DNA of 64,000 nucleotides from Candidatus Thiothrix sulfatifontis (GTDB lineage Bacteria > Pseudomonadota > Gammaproteobacteria > Thiotrichales > Thiotrichaceae): NCBI GenBank assembly GCA_022828425.1, contig CP094685.1, forward strand, positions 3,016,046 through 3,080,045, read 5' to 3'. Position numbers and translations under genes: made by a program. Under the pieces are notes generated by a model. It made no database searches. It saw only the letters and a list, made by a program, of their open reading frames with translations, and was not told the DNA's origin. The stretch's first letter is position 1, and each line of letters opens with the position of its first letter. Shown piece after piece: positions 46,029-53,896 of this stretch.

Positions 46029-46053
46029 GCGGGCAGGGTAGCACCTGACCCGC
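46029..46053 (+). other. Conserved strong hairpin GCGGGCAGG-GTAGCA-CCTGACCCGC downstream of the large gene
   Basis: The same 25 nt occur at 60753-60777 while the flanks differ. No T-run follows directly. Confidence 0.6.
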
Positions 46054-46137
46054 TCCAACCTGACCACCAATCGAACCGGGCAAGCCCCGGTTTTTTCATG
46101 CCAGAATAGGCAACAACTCACCAACGGAGAAAACGAC

Positions 46138-46344
46138 GTGTATCAAGACTGGAAACAATGGGCGCGGCTAACCTATGCCGCGATTCTGCTGCTATTGGTG
46201 TGGAATCTGCTACAGCCGGAAATGATTCAGCAAGCATTGCACTGGGAAGGCCAGCGCGAAATGGGAAAGAATGCCGCGATGTTTCAGACCATCGTGCTAG
46301 TGGTAGCGGCTGGCTTGATGATACCCAAAGGCAAAGCGACTTGA
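46138..46344 (+). CDS. Small membrane protein, probably truncated relative to 60860-61156
   Basis: GTG start after GGAG. YQDWKQWAR... is homologous to the B copy, but a stop comes after 68 aa. The tail IIGFTIAML is recoverable in another frame. Confidence 0.35.
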   Translation: MYQDWKQWARLTYAAILLLLVWNLLQPEMIQQALHWEGQREMGKNAAMFQTIVLVVAAGLMIPKGKAT

Positions 46345-46474
46345 ACCGCTCGACACTGACAAACCGCTTAATGATTCTATGCAGTTCGCGCTCGGACTGG
46401 TTGTGTCGATAATCGGGTTCACCATCGCCATGCTGTGATGTTTCCGCATCGCGAATCAAAACCTGATCAAGCAA

Positions 46475-46502
46475 AGCCGTGTCATCTGATGCGGCTTTTT
46501 TT
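46475..46502 (+). terminator. Intrinsic terminator near the element A right end
   Basis: AGCCG-N11-GCGGCT followed by T7. Same family as the terminators at 34079, 34641, 49532 and 61181. Confidence 0.65.
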
Positions 46503-46556
46503 GCCCATAGGGTAGGGCGGTAATCTCTTGCGGCTTGTCCCTGCAAAAATCGCAGG

Positions 46557-46576
46557 GATGACCCCAACATGACCCC
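46557..46576 (+). promoter_or_regulatory. Putative arm-type sites (GATGACCCC, CATGACCCC), element A right end
   Basis: Two motifs 11 bp apart, 57 bp before the tRNA-Leu-like core. Same geometry at 61264-61283 before the tRNA(CAT). Confidence 0.5.
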
Positions 46577-46633
46577 GACCAAAACGGGCAAAAATAATGC
46601 AGCGGGTAAAATGGCGTAACGCCTTGAAAGAAT

Positions 46634-46689
46634 TGGTGCCCGGAGCCGGACTCGAACCGGCACGCTGTTACCAGCGAGAGATTTTAAGG
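46634..46689 (-). other. 3-prime fragment of a tRNA-Leu(TAA)-like gene (anticodon loop to CCA), candidate attP core at the A/B junction
   Basis: Minus strand reads CCTTAAAATCTCTCGCTGGTAACAGCGTGCCGGTTCGAGTCCGGCTCCGGGCACCA: long variable arm, T arm, acceptor 3-prime strand. No 5-prime half is present. Confidence 0.75.
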
Positions 46690-46809
46690 GCATAAGTAGA
46701 CTGATAACCGCATAGAACCCATATATTAACTCGCTGAAAGCCAGATCGAGACCAGCCAAGCACCAAACCCGCTACACCCCGACCAACACCGCAAAAGTAC
46801 GCGCCACAA

Positions 46810-46841
46810 CATGACCCCGAAAAAAACGCAAACATGACCCC
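46810..46841 (+). promoter_or_regulatory. Putative integrase arm-type sites (2 x CATGACCCC, 23-bp spacing), element B int side
   Basis: CATGACCCC at 46810 and 46833, same arrangement as 31004-31035. Confidence 0.5.
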
Positions 46842-46898
46842 GGCGGCGGTTTGCGCTACCATCAAAACCGAACCAAAACCAAACATTCAGGAATTAGC

Positions 46899-48180
46899 AT
46901 GGCTAAAAAAACGGCTGAAAAAATCAACTTCACCAAGACAGTGCTAGATGCGCTCGAACCACCCAGCAATGGGCGACGTTACGTATACGACTCAAAAGTG
47001 AATGGTTTGCTGCTGATGATCACCCCACCGGGTACAAAATCGTTTCAGGTGCGGAAACACCTCGAAGGCAGGGCGGCGCGTATCACCTTTGGGCGGTTCC
47101 CTGACATGACCGTGACGCAAGCGCGGGAAAAAGCCCTCGCAGAACTCTCGCTGATAGCCACCACCCGCCAAACCAGTTACCAGCAAAAGCAGGGCAGGGC
47201 AGAGGTACAGCAATTCGCCAACATGACATTGGGGAAAGTGTTCAAGGACTATCTCACCTCACACAAGAATCTGAAGCCCGCTACCATTGCCGATTATGAG
47301 CGTTCTATCCGCGTCGGCTTTCCCGACTGGGAGTCACTGCCGCTGAACAGCATCAGCCGCGATATGGTCGAAGAGCGTCACCGCGAACGCAGCCAACACT
47401 CCGAAGCACGGGCGAATAACGAAATGCGCGTGTTACGTAGCATTTTCAATTATGCCGCTGAGGAATACTTTGATGACAGCGGGCAACCGCTGATTAAGTC
47501 CAACCCGGTCAAGCGCCTCTCGCATAGCCGCGCATGGAACCGGGTAGACCGCAAACAGACCATTATCAAAAATGACGAACTCCCGATCTGGTACGAAGCC
47601 GTGAACTCACTCCCGGAATGGTACGGCGGCGCACTGGCTGAGAAGGCGCGGGTCTATTTCCTGCTAACCCTGTTCAGTGGCTACCGGCGCACGCGAGTCC
47701 AGCACCTTGCTGTGGGAAAATATCGACCTGATCAACAACACGATCAGGCTGGAAGACACCAAAAACCACCAAGCGCACACACTGCCGCTCACCACCTACA
47801 CCCGCGATCTGTTGACACAGTGGCAAGCCCGCAGCGGGCAGGGCAGCGGCTTAGTATTCCGGGCGACTGACAACACCTCGCCCCTGTCCAGCGTGGAAGA
47901 AGTGATTAAAGCCATCCGTGCCAGGACAAACATTCAATGGGCAATGCACGACCTGCGGCGCACGTTCGCCACCACTGCCGAAAACATCGGTGTTCGCGGT
48001 TACACCCTGAAGCGCCTGATCAACCACAAGACCGGCGCGGCGGACGTGACCGGCGGTTACATCGTGACCGACGTGGAAAGCCTCAGAGAACCCATGCAAA
48101 CCATCACCGACAAGCTCTTAAGCCTGACATCCGGTAAACTATCCGCATCCAAGACCGCACCGGCGGCAATCAATACCTGA
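46899..48180 (+). pseudogene. int: P4-type tyrosine integrase with a 1-nt insertion (about 47694)
   Basis: ORFs 46851-47870 and 47677-48180 are together colinear with intA. B reads GCGCACGCGAGTCC where A reads GCGCACGGAGTCC. Confidence 0.75.
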
Positions 48181-48189
48181 AAAGGAAGT

Positions 48190-48735
48190 TTGGAAATGAC
48201 CGACACCCCGAAAAAAACCTTAAGCATTACGCGCAAACCTGCTAACAGTGGCCCGGTAAATGCCACCGCTGGCACAATCCAACGCAGCGGCAAACGCATC
48301 ATCAGGCGTGACGAACTGCCGCAAGTGCAGCGCATCCCCGCACCCAAACCCAAACCAGCCGCCACCGCCAAACCCAAAAAGCCGCGCAAGCCACCCGCAC
48401 CTAAGAAGCAAGTCACACCACCGTCACAACTGAAAATCCGCGAATTGAACGACCGCCTAAACGCCTTCCGCGTCTGGTTCGACTTCCAACCGCTGGCAAT
48501 CGGCATTGAAAAGGAAATTTTCCGACTGGTGAACGAGGAGCACTTCCCCGGCGCAAGCAAAAGGGTTGTGCAAAAGCTGCTGAGGATGCACGTTAATCAC
48601 GGTGTCTACCTGCAAAACCTCAAACACGGCACAGACCGCTATCAGCTCGACGGCACACCCGACGGCACGATTGATGACTATCAGCGCCAGCTCGCAACCG
48701 ACACCCTGACAACACGCTTGCAGGGTAAGTGCTGA
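48190..48735 (+). CDS. ProQ/FinO-domain RNA-binding protein (element B copy)
   Basis: 181 aa, 4 substitutions relative to 32371-32916. Confidence 0.7.
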   Translation: MEMTDTPKKTLSITRKPANSGPVNATAGTIQRSGKRIIRRDELPQVQRIPAPKPKPAATAKPKKPRKPPAPKKQVTPPSQLKIRELNDRLNAFRVWFDFQPLAIGIEKEIFRLVNEEHFPGASKRVVQKLLRMHVNHGVYLQNLKHGTDRYQLDGTPDGTIDDYQRQLATDTLTTRLQGKC

Positions 48736-48804
48736 ATATTGATTGTTGACAGATTCAGGATAACGGCGCGTAATGTGCATACTGAATACATACAAGGCGA
48801 ACGT

Positions 48805-49095
48805 ATGAGCGTTGAATGGGACAAGGAAAAGACGAATAAGAACAACAAGGAAAAGTTGAATGAAGCCAAACACAGCATCAGGTTGTCAGATGTTGAACCC
48901 GTGCTGTATGACCCCATGGGCGTTACATCCGAAGACGTGACGGCTGAGGGAGAGCATCGCTTTATTACTGTAGGTGCTGATATGTTTGGACGTGTATTGA
49001 CAGTTGTTTACACATGGCGCGGCGACAACATCCGGCTTATATCGGCACGTAAAGCAACCAACAAGGAGAAACGACATTATGAAAGCGGAATATGA
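48805..49095 (+). CDS. brnT: BrnT-like (DUF497) toxin
   Basis: ATG 48805 within ORF 48739-49095. VEWDKEK...NEAKHSIRLSDVEPVLYD...RFITVG...VLTVVYTWRGDNIRLISARKATNKEKRHY fits the BrnT pattern. Confidence 0.65.
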   Translation: MSVEWDKEKTNKNNKEKLNEAKHSIRLSDVEPVLYDPMGVTSEDVTAEGEHRFITVGADMFGRVLTVVYTWRGDNIRLISARKATNKEKRHYESGI

Positions 49096-49342
49096 TTTAA
49101 CAGACGGCAAACGCGGCGCGGTGATTCCCGCGAACGGAAAAACACGCATCACCATTTGGATTGATGACGATATTATCGAAGCATTCCGCCAACGTGCTGA
49201 AGAGGAGGGTATAGGGTATCAGACGCTAGTGAATCAAACCCTGAGAGCCAGCATGACCACGGGTAAGGCACTGGATGAAGTTGTTTTGCGTCGTATCATT
49301 CGTGAAGAGATGCAGGCAGGGAACTTGCAACACGCGGCATAG
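49079..49342 (+). CDS. brnA: BrnA-like antitoxin
   Basis: ATG 49079 overlaps the brnT end by 17 nt. KTRITIWIDDDIIEAFRQRAEEEGIGYQTLVNQTLR is the typical BrnA motif. Confidence 0.7.
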   Translation: MKAEYDLTDGKRGAVIPANGKTRITIWIDDDIIEAFRQRAEEEGIGYQTLVNQTLRASMTTGKALDEVVLRRIIREEMQAGNLQHAA

Positions 49343-49353
49343 GTTAGGTAACG

Positions 49354-49677
49354 ATGAGCCTAGACAAAGCCGTTAAGCACGGCAAAGAGCGACGCAAGCC
49401 GCATACAGGCGGCAAACTCATTGCTAATTCATGCAGGAATCACGGCGGTTGTCCGTGGTGCGAAGGCAACCGCCTACACAAGCACAAGCGCCGCGAACCC
49501 ATACCAGACGATCACATCATTGACCCCGAAGAGCCGCACCTGATGCGGCTTTTTTTTGCCTGCTATTCCCCGGCCTGCTTGCGTGTCAAGGTCGGGCGAA
49601 GCCCGTTCACTTTAACCTTGACTCGCTTTCTGAAAGTAAACTACTGCAAGGGGTGCAACATGGTTGCACCCCACTAG
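49354..49677 (+). CDS. Small Cys-rich basic protein whose 3-prime end reads into repeat R3
   Basis: N-terminal 55-60 aa (KHGKERRKPHTGGKLIANSCRNHGGCPWCEGNRLHKHKRRE) look genuine. From 49531 the ORF translates the terminator hairpin and repeat. Confidence 0.4.
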   Translation: MSLDKAVKHGKERRKPHTGGKLIANSCRNHGGCPWCEGNRLHKHKRREPIPDDHIIDPEEPHLMRLFFACYSPACLRVKVGRSPFTLTLTRFLKVNYCKGCNMVAPH

Positions 49678-49767
49678 CCTAGCGGCAATGAGCGACAAAA
49701 AGAACACTGCCGATTATCGTTGCCCAAGATATGCGCATGACCGCACGGTTACAGGGCAAGTGCTGAA
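49531..49767 (+). repeat. Cassette-junction repeat R3 (long form)
   Basis: Terminator AGCCGC-N7-GCGGCT-T8, nested hairpin 49585-49622, and perfect palindrome GGGGTGCAAC-ATG-GTTGCACCCC at 49650-49672. Its ends match R1. Confidence 0.7.
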
Positions 49768-49837
49768 TGAAATAGAATTTTCTTTATGGAAAATACAACT
49801 ATAATGGATGCTATCAACCCACTAAGGAGGATGCAGA

Positions 49838-50104
49838 ATGACCACCGCAACATTACGCACCGTCGGTAATTCCGTCGCTGTGGTAATCCCTAAGCAATGG
49901 CTATCCATGTTAGGGCTGGAAGCAGGCGCAAAAGTAGAAATGAGCATCGAAGGCGGCAAGCTCACATTACAGCCAAAATCAGCGACTAGACGCAAAAAAT
50001 ACAAATTAGCAGACCTGCTAAGTAAGTGTGACCCATCCGCACCTATCCCAACAGCCGTAACCGAATGGGACAACCTACCAGCGACGGGGAATGAAGTATG
50101 GTAA
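49838..50104 (+). CDS. MazE/ChpBI-like AbrB-fold antitoxin
   Basis: 88 aa with an AAGGAGG RBS. LRTVGNSVAVVIPKQWLSMLGLEAGAKVEMSIEGGKLTLQP is a SpoVT/AbrB swapped-hairpin motif. Confidence 0.75.
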   Translation: MTTATLRTVGNSVAVVIPKQWLSMLGLEAGAKVEMSIEGGKLTLQPKSATRRKKYKLADLLSKCDPSAPIPTAVTEWDNLPATGNEVW

Positions 50105-50449
50105 AGCGCGGCGGGTTTGAGCGTGGCGATATTGTGAGGGTGAGTTTTAACCCAACTGTGGGGCGTGAGATGCAAGGCGATATGCGCCCCGCATTGGTGC
50201 TTTCGACCCGTGAGTTCAATAACACTGTCGGAACTGCTTTCGTTGCCGATTACCCAAGGCGGCAATCTTGCACGGGTAGCAGGGTTCGCCGTGCCATTAA
50301 TGGGCAGTGGAACGGAAACACAAGGCGTTATTCTGGTTAGCGCAGTAAGAACCCTTGATCTAGTGGGCAGAGGGGCGAAACGAATAGAAATCGCACCTGA
50401 TAGCATTGTCGATGAAGTGCTTGAAATACTCGCCGGTATCATCGAATAA
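50098..50449 (+). pseudogene. MazF/ChpBK-like toxin with a frameshift near 50245
   Basis: ORFs 50098-50340 and 50165-50449 together are colinear with E. coli ChpB (MVKRGGFERGDIVRVSFNP...RPALVLS... / ...PITQGGNLARVAGFAVPL...). One base is missing around GTTGCCGATT. Confidence 0.75.
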
Positions 50450-50591
50450 ATATGACAAAAGCCGCCAACATGCTGATCAGGCAGAACTGATGCACAAGTT
50501 GACGAAGGTATTACAAGCCCGCTTTGACACCTAATGTGAGGCGACAAGAGGCGGCATGTTATCCACTCGCTGAATAGTAAAACCTGAACAG

Positions 50592-50619
50592 AAAAAAGCC
50601 GGAGTTTATCCGGCTTTTT
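50592..50619. terminator. Bidirectional intrinsic terminator
   Basis: A6-GCCGG-AGTTTAT-CCGGC-T5. Confidence 0.7.
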
Positions 50620-50644
50620 GTTCTGTCAGTGGTCAGAAAATAGC

Positions 50645-50869
50645 TTATAAAAAGCCGCGTTTTCTGTTCGTGTCGGGGTGTGAAACCATTTTATTAGCAG
50701 TATTGCCCCGGAATTTCATGGATTCGGTTTTTCCGTCTACCAAGTGCTTTATGTCGGTAAGCAATTCTATGGCGGATTTCTCAGAGCAGCGGGTATGCAT
50801 CTGGATGATCTGCAACAGTTCAGTTTCTTGGTTGTTAAAGGTGTGTGTTGTCATTTTGGAAGATGGCAC
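50645..50869 (-). CDS. Small hypothetical protein (74 aa), copy 1 of a tandem duplication
   Basis: GTG 50869 after GGAG (an ATG 15 nt downstream is also possible). Predicted helical. No recognised domain. Confidence 0.4.
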   Translation of the reverse strand: MPSSKMTTHTFNNQETELLQIIQMHTRCSEKSAIELLTDIKHLVDGKTESMKFRGNTANKMVSHPDTNRKRGFL

Positions 50870-51149
50870 GTTATATGCTCCTGTTTTGGTTGAGTTGACA
50901 GTTAAAAAAAGCCACAGTCTTTCTGTCCGTGTCGGGGTGTGAAACCATTTTATTAGCAGTATTGCCTCGGAATTTCATGGATTCGGTTTTTCCGTCTACC
51001 AAGTGCTTTATGTCGGTAAGCAATTCTATGGCGGATTTCTCAGAGCAGCGGGTATGCATCTGGATGATCTGCAACAGTTCAGTTTCTTGGTTGTTAAAGG
51101 TGTGTGTTGTCATTTTGGAAGATGGCACGTTATATGCTCCTGTTTTGGT
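50649..51149. repeat. Tandem direct duplication, ~243-bp units with 259-bp period
   Basis: 50672-50890 matches 50931-51149, and I saw only one mismatch by eye (CCCCGG versus CCTCGG). Confidence 0.85.
50871..51128 (-). CDS. Small hypothetical protein (85 aa), copy 2 of a tandem duplication
   Basis: Identical to copy 1 over the first 67 aa except N68D, then a different tail. A perfect TATAAT lies upstream on the minus strand at 51160-51165. Confidence 0.4.
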   Translation of the reverse strand: MPSSKMTTHTFNNQETELLQIIQMHTRCSEKSAIELLTDIKHLVDGKTESMKFRGNTANKMVSHPDTDRKTVAFFNCQLNQNRSI

Positions 51150-51196
51150 TAAGGTTTTTATTATATCGCTTATTGTTAATAATGGATATGAATCTA

Positions 51197-51228
51197 ATTA
51201 GTGATATAATAAAATCTTTATAACTAAT
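51197..51228 (+). promoter_or_regulatory. Extended -10 promoter (TGATATAAT, 51202-51210) embedded in an imperfect inverted repeat, upstream of the 325-aa gene
   Basis: ATTAGTGATATAA...TTATAACTAAT arms. Lies in the 112-bp AT-rich divergent intergenic region. Confidence 0.45.
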
Positions 51229-51240
51229 GGATTTTAAACA

Positions 51241-52218
51241 ATGGAAAGGCTACAAGATTCTATCAATCTGATTGAAGAAAAAATTATCGGCATGGCGCAT
51301 ATTCAAGAATTGCCTCATGATTTATTTAGGAACGAAGGTGAGTTTTCAGTTATTAAGCGTGGGTTGATAATCTCAAACCATCCAGAGCTTGCAATACTTA
51401 ACAAAGAATTGGATAAAGCGGAGGTGGTGGCTATGGGCATATTCAGCAAAGCCGATAACAAACCGGCGGCTTATCAGTTTATAGCGGCATGTATAACAAA
51501 AGCAGAAATGCAAATCAAAAAAGCGGAAAATGCACGGCATGAAGCAGAGTTGGATATAAAGCGCAATGAAGCAGCGTATCAGGAAACCATAAGAAATCAC
51601 TCAGTTGCATTGTTAAGTGATTTTGAAATGAATGTGCAAGATATTGACCTTGCCGCGATCAACCAAACCGCAGCCCAGCAACGCCTAAAAAATGCGATTA
51701 ATGCCGTTAGCTTGCTAACGCTTAAGCTCAATATGTTTAAGAAGATCAAAGCAACAATATTCAAACAGGCATTAAAAGATTACTACGCTGAATTGTATGG
51801 CGAAGTAGAAGCAGAATTGAAGGTTTTCTCTGCAAGGTTTGATCAACTCAAAGCGGCGGCATTGTTGGCATTTCCCCAAGCATCAGCATTAGATGGTGGC
51901 GCACGGATTAACAGCGAAGTCGCTAACATGGTGGAAAGCCTACGCCATTTCCCCCCAAGTGATTACAAAACTATCTTGAATCGTACCATTGCGGAAAGCC
52001 TGACATCTGATCCTGATGAAAACGCTTTGCTTGACAAGATCGGCATCACCTACCAAGCCAAGTTGGATGAATGGAACACTAGCGGTCGTGAAGAACCAGC
52101 GAGTGACAATTTCCCAACGGCACAACAACGGGCGAAAGCGGAAAAGGTGAGTTCTGAAATACGTCAACAGAAGTACGGTGCAGACGCTCCACTGAGTCCA
52201 AGACCTTACGGCATTTAA
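51241..52218 (+). CDS. Hypothetical 325-aa protein, predicted largely alpha-helical/coiled-coil
   Basis: Long AT-rich ORF with heptad-like Ala/Lys/Glu-rich stretches. No domain recognised. Confidence 0.5.
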   Translation: MERLQDSINLIEEKIIGMAHIQELPHDLFRNEGEFSVIKRGLIISNHPELAILNKELDKAEVVAMGIFSKADNKPAAYQFIAACITKAEMQIKKAENARHEAELDIKRNEAAYQETIRNHSVALLSDFEMNVQDIDLAAINQTAAQQRLKNAINAVSLLTLKLNMFKKIKATIFKQALKDYYAELYGEVEAELKVFSARFDQLKAAALLAFPQASALDGGARINSEVANMVESLRHFPPSDYKTILNRTIAESLTSDPDENALLDKIGITYQAKLDEWNTSGREEPASDNFPTAQQRAKAEKVSSEIRQQKYGADAPLSPRPYGI

Positions 52219-52272
52219 CGCGGTTAGCGACTGCCTGACAGCTTGAAAATCATCCTGATTCACCGTCATCTG

Positions 52273-52303
52273 ACCGGCTTGCACGTACCAAGCCGGTTTT
52301 TTT
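52273..52303 (+). terminator. Intrinsic terminator after the 325-aa gene
   Basis: ACCGGCTTG-CACGTAC-CAAGCCGGT followed by T7. Confidence 0.75.
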
Positions 52304-52659
52304 GCTTTTGCAAGTAGCTGCATGGTTTTGCATAGAAACTGCAAGTGACAAAAACCGCATCCAGCCCTATACCGACAAGGGCTAGGGGTGCGTGACCCAG
52401 TGCATATTTTTCGTATAGACAATTTACGCGGGTGCGGTGGGGCAAGTGGGCGACGGTGCGGCGGGGAACATAACGGGGGGAAATGGGGAATGTTCACGGT
52501 ATTGAGAGGCGGAGTTCATCATTCAGAGCACGCTGGTTCATACATCGTGCAACCGATGACCCCAAGCAACCAGGTTGAGCGGATATTAAGCCCCGTTCAA
52601 ATCAACGGGCGACTTGATCTATACAGCCGATTGACAGACAGTCGACAACCTAGCGGCAT

Positions 52660-52738
52660 AAAAAAAGGGGAACTGTTGAGAGTTCCCCTTTTTACTTGTC
52701 CCCGTGGATGTTATGACGATCTGACAGGAGATAGAAGT
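52660..52738 (+). promoter_or_regulatory. Conserved hairpin plus leader preceding the element B cargo gene
   Basis: A-run, GGGGAAC/GTTCCCC hairpin, T-run, then TGACGATCTGACAGGAGATAGAAGT-ATG. Counterpart of 38391-38470. Confidence 0.6.
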
Positions 52739-53542
52739 ATGGTGCAACAGCAAGCAGGGTGCAACCAATGGGGTGGAGAACTTGGAGCAAAAGAGCGTGA
52801 GGATTTTCTAACGCTCCCCGAATGGCATAGAAAAATGTTTTTAAACTTTCCTTGTCCTTTGGATACAACAAATATAGAGCGAATCAGAAAAAGCTTGTCT
52901 GCTATGAACAATGGCAATGATGAAGCTAATATTTTATGGTCAAGAGCAATTCTTGCACGTCGGAACGCTTCAGAAGAAATGAGTATATTAATGCTTGCCT
53001 GCATGGTTTTTCCGATGCTCGAATATAGTGAGAGTAGGGTTACATTTGAGCATAACTTGTTGGAATCTTTAGGCGTTGAGTTAGTAATTTGGCAAGAAGA
53101 GCATCCGTACTTTGTCTTTGCATTTTCAGACGAAGAGTACGAACAAATAATTAGGAAACCGGTAAATGTAAACGATGTAAATAAGTTTGCCGAAACAAGA
53201 CCGCAAGGCTATGAAATTATTTTGGGTCTTACCGTGTGGCAAAATTATATTAAGGAAAGAAAAGAGGAATCAGAAAAATATAGGAAGTATTTATTAGGTG
53301 AGATTTTTGGAGACGATCAACAGTTATCACCCGAACTGCTACCAGAGCCAGCACCAGCAGCACCACCACAAAAAAAGAGCGCCTACCAACTCGAAAAAGA
53401 AAAATATCGCAGAGCTGTTTATCAGGAAGTAATGAACGAAATGGGCGTTTCAACCAAGAAAGGCATATTGGTAGAGGAGGCGGCGAAACGTGCGGAATGT
53501 AGCGAGAAAATGATTAGAGAAGCGCTAAAAGCTGGTGAGTAA
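52739..53542 (+). CDS. Cargo gene of element B: hypothetical 267-aa protein with C-terminal HTH-like segment
   Basis: ATG 52739 after AGGAG. ORF track extends to 52388 through a terminator hairpin. C-terminus GILVEEAAKRAECSEKMIREALKAGE resembles an excisionase/MerR-type HTH. Confidence 0.55.
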   Translation: MVQQQAGCNQWGGELGAKEREDFLTLPEWHRKMFLNFPCPLDTTNIERIRKSLSAMNNGNDEANILWSRAILARRNASEEMSILMLACMVFPMLEYSESRVTFEHNLLESLGVELVIWQEEHPYFVFAFSDEEYEQIIRKPVNVNDVNKFAETRPQGYEIILGLTVWQNYIKERKEESEKYRKYLLGEIFGDDQQLSPELLPEPAPAAPPQKKSAYQLEKEKYRRAVYQEVMNEMGVSTKKGILVEEAAKRAECSEKMIREALKAGE

Positions 53543-53751
53543 TCGTTTGGAGGTTTTTGGTAATTTTTGGTAGTTTTTGGTGATTTACGCGACTATAAGT
53601 AAAAAATCGGCACAATAAAAAAAGGCCAGCAATGCCGCTGGCCTTGGAAAAAAGTACAGCCGATATGATAACCAGACACCAACAAGCATTCAATCACCAA
53701 AACACGAAACCGAATGATTCCTCGAAATCATCCAAAAAAACCAAACACATC

Positions 53752-53796
53752 TTATCCGCTGATAAGTTGACCGAATCCCCGACTTTCCCCCATACT
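53752..53796 (+). promoter_or_regulatory. Conserved sigma70-like promoter with TTATC-N4-GATAA repeat (element B)
   Basis: Same 45-bp block as 40640-40684. Confidence 0.5.
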
Positions 53797-53802
53797 GTCC
53801 CT

Positions 53803-53896
53803 GTCGATGCAAATCATCGGCAAACAGCAAAATTCTGGGACTCTTATCCCGACACTAGGCGGCAACACCGCCAACACGATGCAGGCGGTTTTTTTT
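53803..53896 (+). ncRNA. Candidate ~90-nt leader or small RNA with competing hairpins and terminator (element B)
   Basis: GGCGG(53858-62)/CCGCC(53868-72) versus CCGCC(53868-72)/GGCGG(53884-88) plus T8. Confidence 0.4.

Larger units (their letters stand above)
30846..46633. mobile_element. Integrative element A (int, proQ-like, TA cassettes, recombinase, capsid-like gene, IS30-disrupted cargo, alpA-like, Rep_trans-type Rep)
   Basis: Gene order is syntenic with element B. Right end carries the same arm-type motifs and terminator as the B right end. Confidence 0.75.

Noticed and set aside
52555-52563. Extra GATGACCCC motif as a functional arm site
   Set aside because: It is a single isolated 9-mer, and roughly one chance occurrence is plausible in a window this size on two strands. 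It lacks the paired arrangement seen at the element ends.
52388-52738. 117-codon N-terminal extension of the element B cargo ORF
   Set aside because: It translates through an A-run/hairpin/T-run terminator. The conserved RBS and ATG at 52739 align with the element A start at 38471.
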